A DNA stretch of 64,000 nt from a virus: IMG/VR virus record IMGVR_UViG_3300020408_000003, positions 17,649-81,648 of that record; one strand, written 5' to 3'. Positions within the stretch are counted from its first letter, which is position 1; each line of letters begins with the position of its first letter. Under the pieces are notes generated by a model. That model was not told the origin of the DNA. It searched no databases and was given only the letters and a program-made list of their open reading frames with translations. This document shows positions 27,281 to 37,133 of the stretch, one piece after another. A program made the translations under genes and the position numbers.

Positions 27281-28338
27281 GCTATCTCTAAAGATTGAGC
27301 CTCTGTCATTAAATCGCGCATATTAATTTTTAATTTATCTTTATCTAAATCTGTATCAACACCATCAATATAATCGTTCATAAGTTTTGGTGTATCATCA
27401 ACTTCTAAACCTTCATCAGCTATATTTTGACCAACAAATTCAGAAAAATTTTCTGCTATTTTTAGTTCGTATATATCTTGATTTTGGATTCTATCTACAA
27501 ATCTATCAAAAGTAAAACTATCTCCTTTATTAACTACAATAATCTTTACAAACTTTTTATCTAAATTAGATACCGTATATGTATTATAATTGGTTTTTGT
27601 AGAATTGTAAATGATTTTATGAAATAAAGTAAAAGTATTTTGTATTCTTTCTAGTTTACGAGTTTCAGTGTCTAGAATATGAAAGTATTTTGGATCATGG
27701 GCATCAGACCAAAAATATTCTAATGGCGATCCAAGATACCACACATTTCCTTTTTTAGATGAAGTATGAAAATGACCAGTTATAACTTGTTCGAATCTAT
27801 CGACGACACTTGGATCCATTCCATGATGATTGGGTATACCTTTTAGCATATCAAACCCACATAATTCTAAATGAGCACCTAACCAATCTGCTTTACAATT
27901 TTGTATAAAATTCATAGACTGTTGATGATTTTCTTGATTAATCCATGGTAGTAAAGCCATTTTTAAAGAGCCATATTCCATAACAGTTGGTTCCATAATA
28001 ATATGGATTTCATTCATGTAATGACCGAGTAATTCTTTTAGAGCATTCAAATCATTCGTATTTTTATAATAGGTATCATGATTACCGGGTATGATATCCA
28101 TAGACATACCACGTTTTCTAATTTCATTTAAAAAACATTTTCTATTATGATTCAATGCTTTAAAGTTTACAAATTTTCTGTGATCATAATAATCACCAAG
28201 ATGTACTATTTGTTTTATATTATGTTTTTCACACTCCGGAAAAAATATATTATCATAAAAATCTTTGGCATTGTCTAAAAATATTTGTGAAGAATTTCTT
28301 ATACCACAATGGGTATCATTTAATATAGCTATTTTCAT
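27277..28338 (-). CDS. 47: Recombination endonuclease subunit gp47 (Mre11-like)
   Basis: DTH, GDYYD, GNHD, GHFH; start placed at MKIAILNDTH. Confidence 0.95.
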   Translation of the reverse strand: MKIAILNDTHCGIRNSSQIFLDNAKDFYDNIFFPECEKHNIKQIVHLGDYYDHRKFVNFKALNHNRKCFLNEIRKRGMSMDIIPGNHDTYYKNTNDLNALKELLGHYMNEIHIIMEPTVMEYGSLKMALLPWINQENHQQSMNFIQNCKADWLGAHLELCGFDMLKGIPNHHGMDPSVVDRFEQVITGHFHTSSKKGNVWYLGSPLEYFWSDAHDPKYFHILDTETRKLERIQNTFTLFHKIIYNSTKTNYNTYTVSNLDKKFVKIIVVNKGDSFTFDRFVDRIQNQDIYELKIAENFSEFVGQNIADEGLEVDDTPKLMNDYIDGVDTDLDKDKLKINMRDLMTEAQSLEIA

Positions 28339-28673
28339 TATTTCTTTTGTACACCTTGGCTTATAACACAATATATATTATAATTGAAATGATATTCAAA
28401 CATCGTATATGTATTTGTTGTTGGATTAAAATAAAATGACATTGGTATTATTTCCATTTCATCTTGTAATCCATCTTCTGATCTTACTTTAGTTGTTTGT
28501 AAACCTTCAAATATTAATACTTCTTTTCTACTACCAGTAGTTTCTTCGGCCATTGATCTTTCCATACATAACACTGGTTTATCATTCCATGTCATACCTA
28601 AAGATACTGTTACTGTTACTAATACTAAAACTATTACAGCAACTAACATTAATATTACGGGAAATTTATTCAT
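28338..28673 (-). CDS. Hypothetical exported or membrane-anchored protein
   Basis: N-terminal hydrophobic signal; two Cys. Confidence 0.6.
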   Translation of the reverse strand: MNKFPVILMLVAVIVLVLVTVTVSLGMTWNDKPVLCMERSMAEETTGSRKEVLIFEGLQTTKVRSEDGLQDEMEIIPMSFYFNPTTNTYTMFEYHFNYNIYCVISQGVQKK

Positions 28674-29257
28674 GTCATAAACTCACTTAAATCTGAATCA
28701 GCACTCACTGTTCTCTTTTTTCTAGTTTTTTCTTGTTTTGCGAAAGCTTTTATCTTATCGTCAGTATATCGTACCTTTTCAATTCTATCTTTTAAAGAAT
28801 CGACAAAAGCACTAACTATAGGAGCAGAACCTTCTTCTGCTACCACAAATTCTTCTAATCCAGAAGAACTTAAATATTTCATTTTTATGTCTTGTTGTTT
28901 CTTTTCTTTTGCAATTCTTCGAAGAAAGGCATACCAAGTAATTTGAGTAAAATAAGCAAAAGCATTTGGATTACCAGTTCTTGTTGCAGCTTCTAAATTA
29001 TAATTACCGATTGCTTTTAAACAGTTTTCTACAGCGTCCATAACCATTTCTTCTCTATACGTATATCGTATAAAGTTAGCCTTATGTGACAACCCTTCAG
29101 CTATCCTTAAAAAGCATTGCGCAACATAGTTTGGCACTTTAGGTATTTCTTTTTTCTTAGATTTTGCTGCATCAGCAATTTTTACATAATCTACAACTGC
29201 CTGAGAAAATTCAGCGTTATTAACATAATGTATATTTTTCTTATTTCTTCTTGGCAT
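28670..29257 (-). CDS. 55: Late sigma factor gp55
   Basis: HYVNNAEF, NFIRYTYREEM, NAFAYFTQI...AFLRRIAKEKKQ. Confidence 0.93.
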   Translation of the reverse strand: MPRRNKKNIHYVNNAEFSQAVVDYVKIADAAKSKKKEIPKVPNYVAQCFLRIAEGLSHKANFIRYTYREEMVMDAVENCLKAIGNYNLEAATRTGNPNAFAYFTQITWYAFLRRIAKEKKQQDIKMKYLSSSGLEEFVVAEEGSAPIVSAFVDSLKDRIEKVRYTDDKIKAFAKQEKTRKKRTVSADSDLSEFMT

Positions 29258-29279
29258 AATTTACTCCATTAATAAAGAT

Positions 29280-29308
29280 ATAATATCACACATTGACGTT
29301 CATGTAAA
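29280..29308 (-). promoter_or_regulatory. sigma70-type promoter of gene 55
   Basis: TTTACA-N17-TATTAT. Confidence 0.65.
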
Positions 29309-29343
29309 TATATATTTTTTTAAATAAAAACAAAAAATAATGG

Positions 29344-29372
29344 TTTACAAAACTTAGATTTTAGTATATAAT
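29344..29372 (+). promoter_or_regulatory. Divergent antisense sigma70-type promoter
   Basis: GTTTACA-N17-TATAAT on the plus strand with an A-rich upstream tract; no plus-strand gene follows. Confidence 0.65.
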
Positions 29373-29401
29373 AAATTAAGGTATTTTGGGGGAGAGATAT
29401 A

Positions 29402-29860
29402 CTAGTGAAACGTTTTAGGAAATTGTAAAATATTTGATGTTTTATCGCTGTCTTTCGCTTCTTGTTGATCTAAATGTTGTTCTATATATTCATGTACTTC
29501 GTCGTCGGTCAAATCGTCTAAATGATCTAAATCAATAGGATCTAAATCAGGTTTTTCTTTTAAAAATTCATTTAATTTAGATAAAGATTTGGTGTATAAT
29601 TTATATAAATCTGGTGACGGAGTTGATTCTCCAACAACATGTTCTGCATTAACTGATTGTAAAGTATTAGGATCATCATTAAAAGATAACCATGGTCTGA
29701 AACTAAAAAATTTATAACCGTTTCTAATATTTACTGAATCCTGCAATTTCATTGCTTTTCTAATTAATATGGCAGAAGTTTCAATCGTATCCCATTGTAC
29801 GACTTCACATATTATCTCTTCACCTGTACTTAATTTAAAATGTTTAATATTATCTTTCAT
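29402..29860 (-). CDS. Hypothetical protein downstream of uvsW
   Basis: KLSTGEEIICEV N-terminus, acidic C-terminus. Confidence 0.7.
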   Translation of the reverse strand: MKDNIKHFKLSTGEEIICEVVQWDTIETSAILIRKAMKLQDSVNIRNGYKFFSFRPWLSFNDDPNTLQSVNAEHVVGESTPSPDLYKLYTKSLSKLNEFLKEKPDLDPIDLDHLDDLTDDEVHEYIEQHLDQQEAKDSDKTSNILQFPKTFH

Positions 29861-31326
29861 ATTTCTACTTCGTATGTTTTAAAATTAAATTTTTCTTTAT
29901 CGTATATTTTTAATCTTTCTTTCCCGTGTTGCCAACTAAAGTTTTTATTTGTATCATTACATAAATTATCTATAATATCAAAAAGTTTAGTTGGCATTCC
30001 ATTATCAGATTTTCTTAGTCCTCTTCCGATCGATTGTAATACTCTGATTTGTGATTTGCTGGGACTGGCAAAAACAATATTATGAAGATTACGAATATTA
30101 ATACCAGTGGAAAAAGTACCAAGACTGGCAACAATAATAGCATTCTTTTGTTTTTCAACTATACCTCTTATCGCTTCTCTATCTGTTGTTTCGGTTGCAC
30201 CAGATACAAAAAATACTTTGCGCGCTTCGTTTACTTTATTATTTATTAATTGAAATAAAGGTTTTCCGTGTTTTTCTACCCAATTAAAAAGCACTAATGT
30301 ATTGCCTTTCTGATCAACCGCTAAATTGGTTATAAATTTATTTCTTTTATCATTATCAACTATATATTCTATTTCTTCTTGATACGTTTTCTTTCCAAAA
30401 TTTTCCCGGTCGTTTTTTAAATAATTTAGAATTATTCGATGTATGTCTAACTTTGCCAATGTATCATTATCTTGTAAAGCTTTTGTTGTCGTAACTTTAT
30501 AAGTTTTACCAAACAGACCTTGTAAAACTAATTCATGAGTTTGAGTTCCATCTAAAGTACCTGTAGTTCCGTATCGATATTCTGCTTCTGTAGCTTTATT
30601 CATGATATTCATTAATGATTTCGATTTAAATCCATGGCATTCGTCACCAAACACTGCACCAAATTGTTGAAACCAAATTTTAGGTAATTTGTATATCGAT
30701 TGCCACGTACTAATGTATATATTTGCATCATTAATTTTTTCTTTACCAGAATATATTTTATGCGCCATATCACTTGGCATATTATAACTTATAAAATCAC
30801 TATGCATTTGTTCAACTAAACTCGTAGTAGGTACAATGACTAATACTTTTTGATTATAGTTAGCTAAAAACCATCGTATCAAATAATAAATTATCAACGA
30901 TTTTCCTGATCCAGTAGGCGATAGTAATATTGATCGTTTTTGACGTATAGCGTGTGATATTCCAGTAAACTGGTAATCTCTTAATTCAAATGGTAAATTT
31001 AATGTTTTAGCAAAATAAAATATATCTTCTGGCTTAACGTTATTGATGTCAGTGGCTAAACCGTATTTTGTTCGTATTTCCTTTAATTTATAATTACGAG
31101 TTTCAGCAAATACCTTTAATTGCGGATATAAACCACCTGGCAATTCTCCGCTGTTAACATCATACAATCTTATCTTACCATCCCAAACTCTACGTTTAAA
31201 AGCTGGCATAAACCTATAACCTGGAACGTAAAAAGAAAAGAATTCTTTTAGTTCAGCTGCTATGCCATAATCGCAATCGACGTGTAAATTGGAATGATCT
31301 AATTTCCTGACTGAAATTGTTTCCAT
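29857..31326 (-). CDS. uvsW: SF2 helicase UvsW
   Basis: LRDYQ, SPTGSGKS, DECH, QSIGRGLR. Confidence 0.95.
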   Translation of the reverse strand: METISVRKLDHSNLHVDCDYGIAAELKEFFSFYVPGYRFMPAFKRRVWDGKIRLYDVNSGELPGGLYPQLKVFAETRNYKLKEIRTKYGLATDINNVKPEDIFYFAKTLNLPFELRDYQFTGISHAIRQKRSILLSPTGSGKSLIIYYLIRWFLANYNQKVLVIVPTTSLVEQMHSDFISYNMPSDMAHKIYSGKEKINDANIYISTWQSIYKLPKIWFQQFGAVFGDECHGFKSKSLMNIMNKATEAEYRYGTTGTLDGTQTHELVLQGLFGKTYKVTTTKALQDNDTLAKLDIHRIILNYLKNDRENFGKKTYQEEIEYIVDNDKRNKFITNLAVDQKGNTLVLFNWVEKHGKPLFQLINNKVNEARKVFFVSGATETTDREAIRGIVEKQKNAIIVASLGTFSTGINIRNLHNIVFASPSKSQIRVLQSIGRGLRKSDNGMPTKLFDIIDNLCNDTNKNFSWQHGKERLKIYDKEKFNFKTYEVEI

Positions 31327-31745
31327 CTAATTATATTGCTTATTGTTTGATGTCGCCATTTTAAGTTATCTATTATCTCTGTCAAAGTATCTACTATCGT
31401 TTTATAATATTGTATTTTCTCTTCTGATTTCTGTATTTCAGGATCTGCATCATAGTAATAATCCATTTCACCTTTTAATATTTTTAATCCACCAAATGGA
31501 TCCGGATCCCATTCTAATTTTTCGATTTCATCTTGATCCATTTTTCCATTATAGTATAACCATTTTTGTTTTAAAAGGATTTTTTGCTCAAACTCACTTT
31601 TTTTCAATATGAGTTTAGCATTCATTAATTTTTCTAAATATTTTGAATGTAAAATGGGAACTTGTCTAGAAGTCTCATCTAAATGCATTTCACTTATTTT
31701 ACAATCATCTTTCCATTCATCAAGTAACTGTTTCAAATCAATCAT
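31299..31745 (-). CDS. uvsY: Recombination mediator UvsY
   Basis: LHSKYL, YYNGK, YYDAD; adjacent to uvsW. Confidence 0.85.
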   Translation of the reverse strand: MIDLKQLLDEWKDDCKISEMHLDETSRQVPILHSKYLEKLMNAKLILKKSEFEQKILLKQKWLYYNGKMDQDEIEKLEWDPDPFGGLKILKGEMDYYYDADPEIQKSEEKIQYYKTIVDTLTEIIDNLKWRHQTISNIIRWKQFQSGN

Positions 31746-32394
31746 AATTATTATCTATATCTTCCTCTTCTTTAGTTTTATATGCCCATTCATCGGTGTG
31801 ACCAACTGACCACTTTGGTTCTGTTTCTACTCTATAATTTTGAGTACAAACTTTAAAATCTGGTGTCATTAATTTATCTGGCGTTAATGAACTATCACGC
31901 CATATTATTCTATTATTTGGTTGTGCAGCAAACTGACCGTTTTTTAACTGTATTATATTAAACGATTTATGTTCAGGATCATGTTCAGAGAAGTTTTGAT
32001 CTAGCGTCGATCTTTCTGAGTGGCAATTGTCAATCGTAAAAAGATATTCACCTGGATGCATCTTTTTATCTTTTCCAAAAAATTCGCAATTACTTAAAAG
32101 CGGTTTTTCTACCACAGTTAAATTATAATCAAAACAATCCCATAATTGTAAAACATCAAGCGGCAAATCGCCGTGATCATCTATTTTCCATACAAATGCT
32201 GATATTGGAAGTTTATCGAATAAAGCGCCGTAATCCGTTAACAACGTTTCAAAATATAATGCTTTACTCATTGTGGACTTTACGCTAACCCAGATTCCTG
32301 GTGTATATTCGCCGTGTCCTTTTTCTAAATCATATAAATATTCTTTTCTCACGAATACGTTCATTGGTGGTAAATTATGTACTAAAAATGCCAT
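31738..32394 (-). CDS. Hypothetical phage protein
   Basis: VRKEYLYD, LWDCF, GQFAAQPNNR motifs; long ORF. Confidence 0.7.
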   Translation of the reverse strand: MAFLVHNLPPMNVFVRKEYLYDLEKGHGEYTPGIWVSVKSTMSKALYFETLLTDYGALFDKLPISAFVWKIDDHGDLPLDVLQLWDCFDYNLTVVEKPLLSNCEFFGKDKKMHPGEYLFTIDNCHSERSTLDQNFSEHDPEHKSFNIIQLKNGQFAAQPNNRIIWRDSSLTPDKLMTPDFKVCTQNYRVETEPKWSVGHTDEWAYKTKEEEDIDNNYD

Positions 32395-32406
32395 ATCAAT
32401 CCTATA

Positions 32407-32913
32407 TTATAATAAATCAAAATAACTAAATCTAAATGATATTGCAAAGGTAACAAATTCTGTACCTGTTGCAGTCGATTCAAATGTAATATCTCCTAAA
32501 GCTATCGGTATACAATCTATATATTTAATTTCTTTAGTCTTATTATTGTGACTAGATAAAATTGAAATAGTAATATCTGCATACGTTGGAACTACCTTTA
32601 ATTTATGACTTCTTTTAATCGCGGGTACTTCTTCTTGTTCTAATAACCTACGCATCCAAGAATACATCTCATCATACGATTTTAAATTTTCATCTAAAAT
32701 CAAATTAGCAGATAATTCGTTGTACGTTAATTTTGCTCCGGTAAAAGGTATACCAGATAATTGTTTATATGGCATTTCAACTGGATTCATAATCATACCA
32801 GGATGCGTAACACTCTGTGCGAAGTATTCTAAGTTAGGATAGTTTTCTCTATCTATCGTTAACTTATACGAGGTAGGTTGTAAGTAATTTAAATTGTTTG
32901 TTAGTGTAGCCAT
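32407..32913 (-). CDS. 3: Tail completion and sheath stabiliser gp3
   Basis: Tube-like fold motifs LILDENLKSYDEMYSWM; late promoter upstream. Confidence 0.8.
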   Translation of the reverse strand: MATLTNNLNYLQPTSYKLTIDRENYPNLEYFAQSVTHPGMIMNPVEMPYKQLSGIPFTGAKLTYNELSANLILDENLKSYDEMYSWMRRLLEQEEVPAIKRSHKLKVVPTYADITISILSSHNNKTKEIKYIDCIPIALGDITFESTATGTEFVTFAISFRFSYFDLL

Positions 32914-32918
32914 AATAC

Positions 32919-32926
32919 TATTTATA
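32919..32926 (-). promoter_or_regulatory. Late promoter TATAAATA
   Basis: Exact consensus 5 nt before the gene 3 ATG. Confidence 0.7.
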
Positions 32927-32937
32927 TAACTTTAAAC

Positions 32938-32964
32938 AAAAAAAGAGGGGCATAAAGCCCCTCT
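32938..32964 (-). terminator. Rho-independent terminator after gene 23
   Basis: AGAGGGGC/GCCCCTCT stem followed by a U tract. Confidence 0.85.
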
Positions 32965-32986
32965 AAAGTTATTAATTTAAGTTTTA

Positions 32987-34372
32987 TTAAGATACAGAAT
33001 CAAGTATGTTGTCTACTCTAAAAATTCTGTAGTACTGGTTAGTTCTTGCATTAGCAAGACCATTTGCTGGTGCTGAACCTACGAATGGGTTTGAGGCCAT
33101 TCCATATCTGGTTTTAAAACCAATTTTTGGTTGGAATGTGTTCTCACCAACAGCACGTACCATTGTTAATGGAACGTATGGGCAATAGAACATACCAGCG
33201 TCGTATGGATTAGTTCCCTTATAACCTACGTTTACATAGTTAGCAACCGCATATGGATCGATGTAAACTCTCATTCTTCCGTTTAATGTACCAGCAAATG
33301 TATTACCAGTGTCATCAACGTTTAGATTAGTTGACATCGCAGGTGTATAGTCTAACATACCAGCAGCATTAAGAGCGGAGGCAACATCTGAAGAACAGAT
33401 TATAAAGTTACCTTTACCACGTCTTGTTTCTTTTGCAATTACGTTAGCTTCTCTTTCGAGTTGAAATACAAGACCTTTCCATCTTTCAACTGACCAACGA
33501 CCATCAGCATCGTTCTGAACGTCGAATAGACCGTTTACTTTGATTTCAGCTTGTCTACAACCGATTTTTGCTTGAAGATTTATAGTTCTAATAACTTCAC
33601 GATTAATCTCAGCTAAGATTTCTGTTGACAATATATTTGCCAATTCTGTCTCAGCGTCTAAACCGTGAATAGCTTTTAAATCTTGAGCAAGTTCAAGGCT
33701 GTATTCTGCTTTTAACGCTCTTGATCTGGCAGTCACTGTTGCCTTTTCAATTGTAAATCCCATTTCTGGAATCTGAGCATTTGGTGCAGAACCGTCGCCT
33801 AAAGCTTCAGCAGTACCTGTTGCATAACCTGTACCTCTTACTGGTTCTGTAGCAGAAGATGAGTCAGTAATTGATGGATCAGTATTTTCACCAGCAAAAC
33901 CGGTGTCTGTTACTCCAACAAAACCTGATGGACCTTTTGCTCCGTTACCAGTTGTTGATGAGTCGCCTGAGAAGAACGTATTAGCTTCGTTAAATAAAGC
34001 TTCAGTATTATTAGCTTGACCAGCTGGATGAATACCTTGTGGATCTTTATAGACTGACTTCATCGCAAAGATAAGTCCAGTTGGACCAGTCATTGGTTGT
34101 ACACCGCAAACGTCGTATGCCATAAGGTTTGGCATTGCACGTCTTACCAGTGCGATTAGTACAGGGTTCCAGTTTGCTACACTACCAGTAGCGTTAGCTG
34201 GAGCAGCTTCTTGAAGCATACCCTCTTCTTTTAATGCTATTTCTTGGTTTTCAAGAACAGCAGCTGTAACAGCTTTTTTGTGATGATCTTGTATTGTGCC
34301 AGCAGATTCCTCATTGAGTACTGGGGCCCATTTTTCGATCAATCTATCGTAAGATACAGTATTTGTTTGCAT
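32987..34372 (-). CDS. 23: Major capsid protein gp23
   Basis: LVRRAMPNL, GVQPMTGPTGLIFAM, ELAQDLKAIHGLDAE, FYCPYVPL, GFKTRYG. Confidence 0.97.
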   Translation of the reverse strand: MQTNTVSYDRLIEKWAPVLNEESAGTIQDHHKKAVTAAVLENQEIALKEEGMLQEAAPANATGSVANWNPVLIALVRRAMPNLMAYDVCGVQPMTGPTGLIFAMKSVYKDPQGIHPAGQANNTEALFNEANTFFSGDSSTTGNGAKGPSGFVGVTDTGFAGENTDPSITDSSSATEPVRGTGYATGTAEALGDGSAPNAQIPEMGFTIEKATVTARSRALKAEYSLELAQDLKAIHGLDAETELANILSTEILAEINREVIRTINLQAKIGCRQAEIKVNGLFDVQNDADGRWSVERWKGLVFQLEREANVIAKETRRGKGNFIICSSDVASALNAAGMLDYTPAMSTNLNVDDTGNTFAGTLNGRMRVYIDPYAVANYVNVGYKGTNPYDAGMFYCPYVPLTMVRAVGENTFQPKIGFKTRYGMASNPFVGSAPANGLANARTNQYYRIFRVDNILDSVS

Positions 34373-34388
34373 CCTTAAGACTCCCTTA

Positions 34389-35528
34389 TTAAGTTTTGAT
34401 TTGTGATTTAAGAGCAGTTAGATACTGTGACATTGATCCAGAAGTTTCAACAGTATTATCATCTGTATCTTCTTCTAATTCCATATCAAATTCACTAGTC
34501 ATCTGTCTTTTCTTAAAGTATGATTCTTTAACAGTATTAACTTTGTCGGCGAATTGTTCTACGTCGTCAAAATCAATGTTATCTGTTAAAGATTTTAGTT
34601 TTTCAATTTGAGTTTCTGCTAGATCATTCGAAGCTTCACGGATAACCGCTTCCCTTTGATAACCTTCGAGTTCCTCTGCCATAGCGATGGTTTTTGCTGT
34701 TTGGTTATTAAGAGTTTCTTCTAACTCTTCAACTTCTGCAGCAAGATCGTCAACTAGGTCGACTTTAGACTCTGGTACTTCAATGTAAGATTCTGTGAAT
34801 AAATCTTTTAGATTATTCATGAACTTCTCAGCAATTTCTGTACGGAGACCGGTTTGAACTGCAACCTTATTTTCCTCCATCCAATTCTCAACTACGTAAT
34901 TAAGATATGAATCAACCTTATTTACGAGTTCTTCTTTGGTTGTAGAAACTTCAGCTTCCAATTCCTCGTTAAATTTCTCTTCGAGACGATCAATTTCTGC
35001 AGCTACTTTTGAATTAATTGCAGCTTCAAAAATTGTTTGAGCTTTACCCTTAAATTCTTCGGATAAAGTTGCTTCTGAATTAACAAGAGCATTAAGATCA
35101 CTTGACCAATCAACATCGACATTAACATCATTTGACTTAACTTCAACAGCTTCGTCATCTTCAATGTCTTCAGCCATGAATTTAGAATACATAGTGGCTA
35201 AGTCTTCTTTTCTAGTCTTAGTCATCTTAGTATACATATCGTTCATCATAGCGGCTTTAGTCTTAGGTATATAGCTTTCAGTTGGTTGTGCACCACCTCC
35301 ACCGGCCATTTTAGGTCCAGCATCTGGTGATTGAACTTTCTGCATTGGATCTTTTTTCTTTTGATCGCCTTTTCGAGCGGGTGCAGTTTTACCTGCGTTT
35401 TCAGCTGATTTAACTGAAGCAACAGACTTTTGTTCTGCATTTTTAGGATCATGCCCCATAGCTTCCTCTACACTTTCATCCTCTTCGTAGAGATCGCCAA
35501 TGACATCATCTTGGATTTCTTCTGTCAT
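34389..35528 (-). CDS. 22: Prohead core scaffold gp22
   Basis: LSEEFK.KA.TIFEAA, YLNYVVENW; start placed at MTEEIQ with a GGGAG SD. Confidence 0.88.
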   Translation of the reverse strand: MTEEIQDDVIGDLYEEDESVEEAMGHDPKNAEQKSVASVKSAENAGKTAPARKGDQKKKDPMQKVQSPDAGPKMAGGGGAQPTESYIPKTKAAMMNDMYTKMTKTRKEDLATMYSKFMAEDIEDDEAVEVKSNDVNVDVDWSSDLNALVNSEATLSEEFKGKAQTIFEAAINSKVAAEIDRLEEKFNEELEAEVSTTKEELVNKVDSYLNYVVENWMEENKVAVQTGLRTEIAEKFMNNLKDLFTESYIEVPESKVDLVDDLAAEVEELEETLNNQTAKTIAMAEELEGYQREAVIREASNDLAETQIEKLKSLTDNIDFDDVEQFADKVNTVKESYFKKRQMTSEFDMELEEDTDDNTVETSGSMSQYLTALKSQIKT

Positions 35529-35538
35529 ATTTGACTCC

Positions 35539-36198
35539 CTAATTTTTATTTTTGAGTAACGAGAGGAAATTTTTAAACTCACGAACTTGAGTCTCGTAGA
35601 GATTTGTGCGTGATGCCCTTTTAATTTCAGTCTCCATTTTTTCAATTGCTTTTCGCTCAATAATACCGTTATGCCAAACCCATTCAACACCTTCCATTAT
35701 CCCATTAACAAAAGCTCCAGGTGCAGATGGATCTTGTACTATGTCTATAGCATTAAGCATAAAATCGTCTTTTACATACATTGCGTTATTACGTCGCTCT
35801 AAACTTCCCATACCACGAGTCGAAACGCCTAATTGAACACCGCCTTCGAGTAACCCTTTTACTATGTTCCCCATCGGAGTTTCCAATATTTGCGCTTTTC
35901 CCATAACATCATTTCCCTTAAAATTAAGTTCATTGATCTTATGTGAAACCTTATCTAAATTTACAGTCGGCCCTTCTGGGTGATTCAATTCACCTACGGC
36001 ACGACCTTTAGAAACTTGTTCATCGGTATATTTACCAACTGCCTTTTCCATAACTGGCATTGGATAAATTCTACCATTTCTATTTTGCCCTTCAGCTTGA
36101 GCAAAAATACCTTCTATATTATAACACTTTTTACCGTTTTTACCTTCAGTGATAAAAACTTCTAAATTTGTATCGTTAAATTCTGAAATGAGTTTCAT
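35539..36198 (-). CDS. 21: Prohead protease gp21
   Basis: NRNGRIY, GELNHP, GVSTRGMGSL, DIVQDPSAPGA. Confidence 0.95.
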   Translation of the reverse strand: MKLISEFNDTNLEVFITEGKNGKKCYNIEGIFAQAEGQNRNGRIYPMPVMEKAVGKYTDEQVSKGRAVGELNHPEGPTVNLDKVSHKINELNFKGNDVMGKAQILETPMGNIVKGLLEGGVQLGVSTRGMGSLERRNNAMYVKDDFMLNAIDIVQDPSAPGAFVNGIMEGVEWVWHNGIIERKAIEKMETEIKRASRTNLYETQVREFKNFLSLLKNKN

Positions 36199-36200
36199 GA

Positions 36201-36455
36201 TTACCTCGGATATGCTACAGGTGTAAATGATACGTTAGCACTACCAGCATATATTTGCTCGTCATGTTTTTTATTAAATATAATTGATTGACCTGTATTC
36301 ATTAAAAAAGAATGTATAGTAGCACCATCTACCGTACATATCGTTACGGTCGTAGATGACGTACAACATGCATATACGTTTCTGGTAAACTCTAAATAAG
36401 TTCTATTACCTGAACCGTTTGCCGTTGCTGCTTGGCCTGTTGGATTTATATGCAT
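36201..36455 (-). CDS. Hypothetical head-region protein
   Basis: ORF in the late operon. Confidence 0.6.
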   Translation of the reverse strand: MHINPTGQAATANGSGNRTYLEFTRNVYACCTSSTTVTICTVDGATIHSFLMNTGQSIIFNKKHDEQIYAGSANVSFTPVAYPR

Positions 36456-36673
36456 TATTTCATTCCTTTATATTGTTTCATAAAAGTCATACCTGCTTTT
36501 TCAGCTTCTCTTTTACTTCTATAAGCATCAAGTCTATCACCATCTATGTAAACAACAAATTTACCCATTTCATTGTGTATTGTCATAGGAATTCTATTAA
36601 TTCTTTTGGAGAATACTTTAGGTCCTATTGCCTTTCGTCCAGCAAGTTCTCTTAATTCAACAAAAGTTTTCAT
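36455..36673 (-). CDS. Small basic prohead or internal protein (gene 68 position)
   Basis: Capsid-targeting-like N-terminus MKTFVELRE; late promoter upstream. Confidence 0.6.
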   Translation of the reverse strand: MKTFVELRELAGRKAIGPKVFSKRINRIPMTIHNEMGKFVVYIDGDRLDAYRSKREAEKAGMTFMKQYKGMK

Positions 36674-36690
36674 AAAATTTCCTTTGTATA

Positions 36691-36698
36691 TATTTATA
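36691..36698 (-). promoter_or_regulatory. Late promoter TATAAATA
   Basis: Exact consensus in an intergenic gap. Confidence 0.7.
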
Positions 36699-36720
36699 AA
36701 ATTAAAGTTTTCAACGGATT

Positions 36721-37125
36721 TTAATTAGATACTTCTTCATTTCCGTCTTCTTCACTCCATTCTCCATCGTCTTCTGGTAATTCGTCGTCTTCCATTTCGA
36801 CTCCCACATCAGAACTGGACTCTTCTTCGGTCTCTTCGTCTTCATAGCTACCCTCTGCCTCAGCGCTAACGTCTCCACCATCTTCCTCGTTATCGAGATC
36901 GAGCTCGAGTTGGTCTTCGTCTCCCGCTGTATCGTCTTCTTCAGCAGGTTGGCCATTGTAGAGTTGATCTGCAAGTTTTATTTTCTCCTGATCTAAAACG
37001 TCATTTAATTTTACAGATATTACATCGCTAAAAATTTTATTTGCTTTATTATAATCTTGATCTAGCGAATGTTGTACTAAATCTCTCAAAGGGTTGTCTT
37101 CAGTTTCTACTTCTTGTTCAGCCAT
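36721..37125 (-). CDS. Acidic prohead core protein (gp67-like)
   Basis: Extremely Asp/Glu-rich; directly downstream of the portal gene. Confidence 0.7.
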   Translation of the reverse strand: MAEQEVETEDNPLRDLVQHSLDQDYNKANKIFSDVISVKLNDVLDQEKIKLADQLYNGQPAEEDDTAGDEDQLELDLDNEEDGGDVSAEAEGSYEDEETEEESSSDVGVEMEDDELPEDDGEWSEEDGNEEVSN

Positions 37126-37133
37126 AATTACTC

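Noticed and set aside
34389-35690. Extended N-termini of gp22 (also gp47 and gp16) given by the ORF track
   Set aside because: The extensions overlap upstream genes; internal ATGs with SD or conserved N-termini fit better.
36711-36974. Alternative-frame ORF and GC-rich patch in the gp67-like gene
   Set aside because: Explained by the low-complexity acidic coding sequence.
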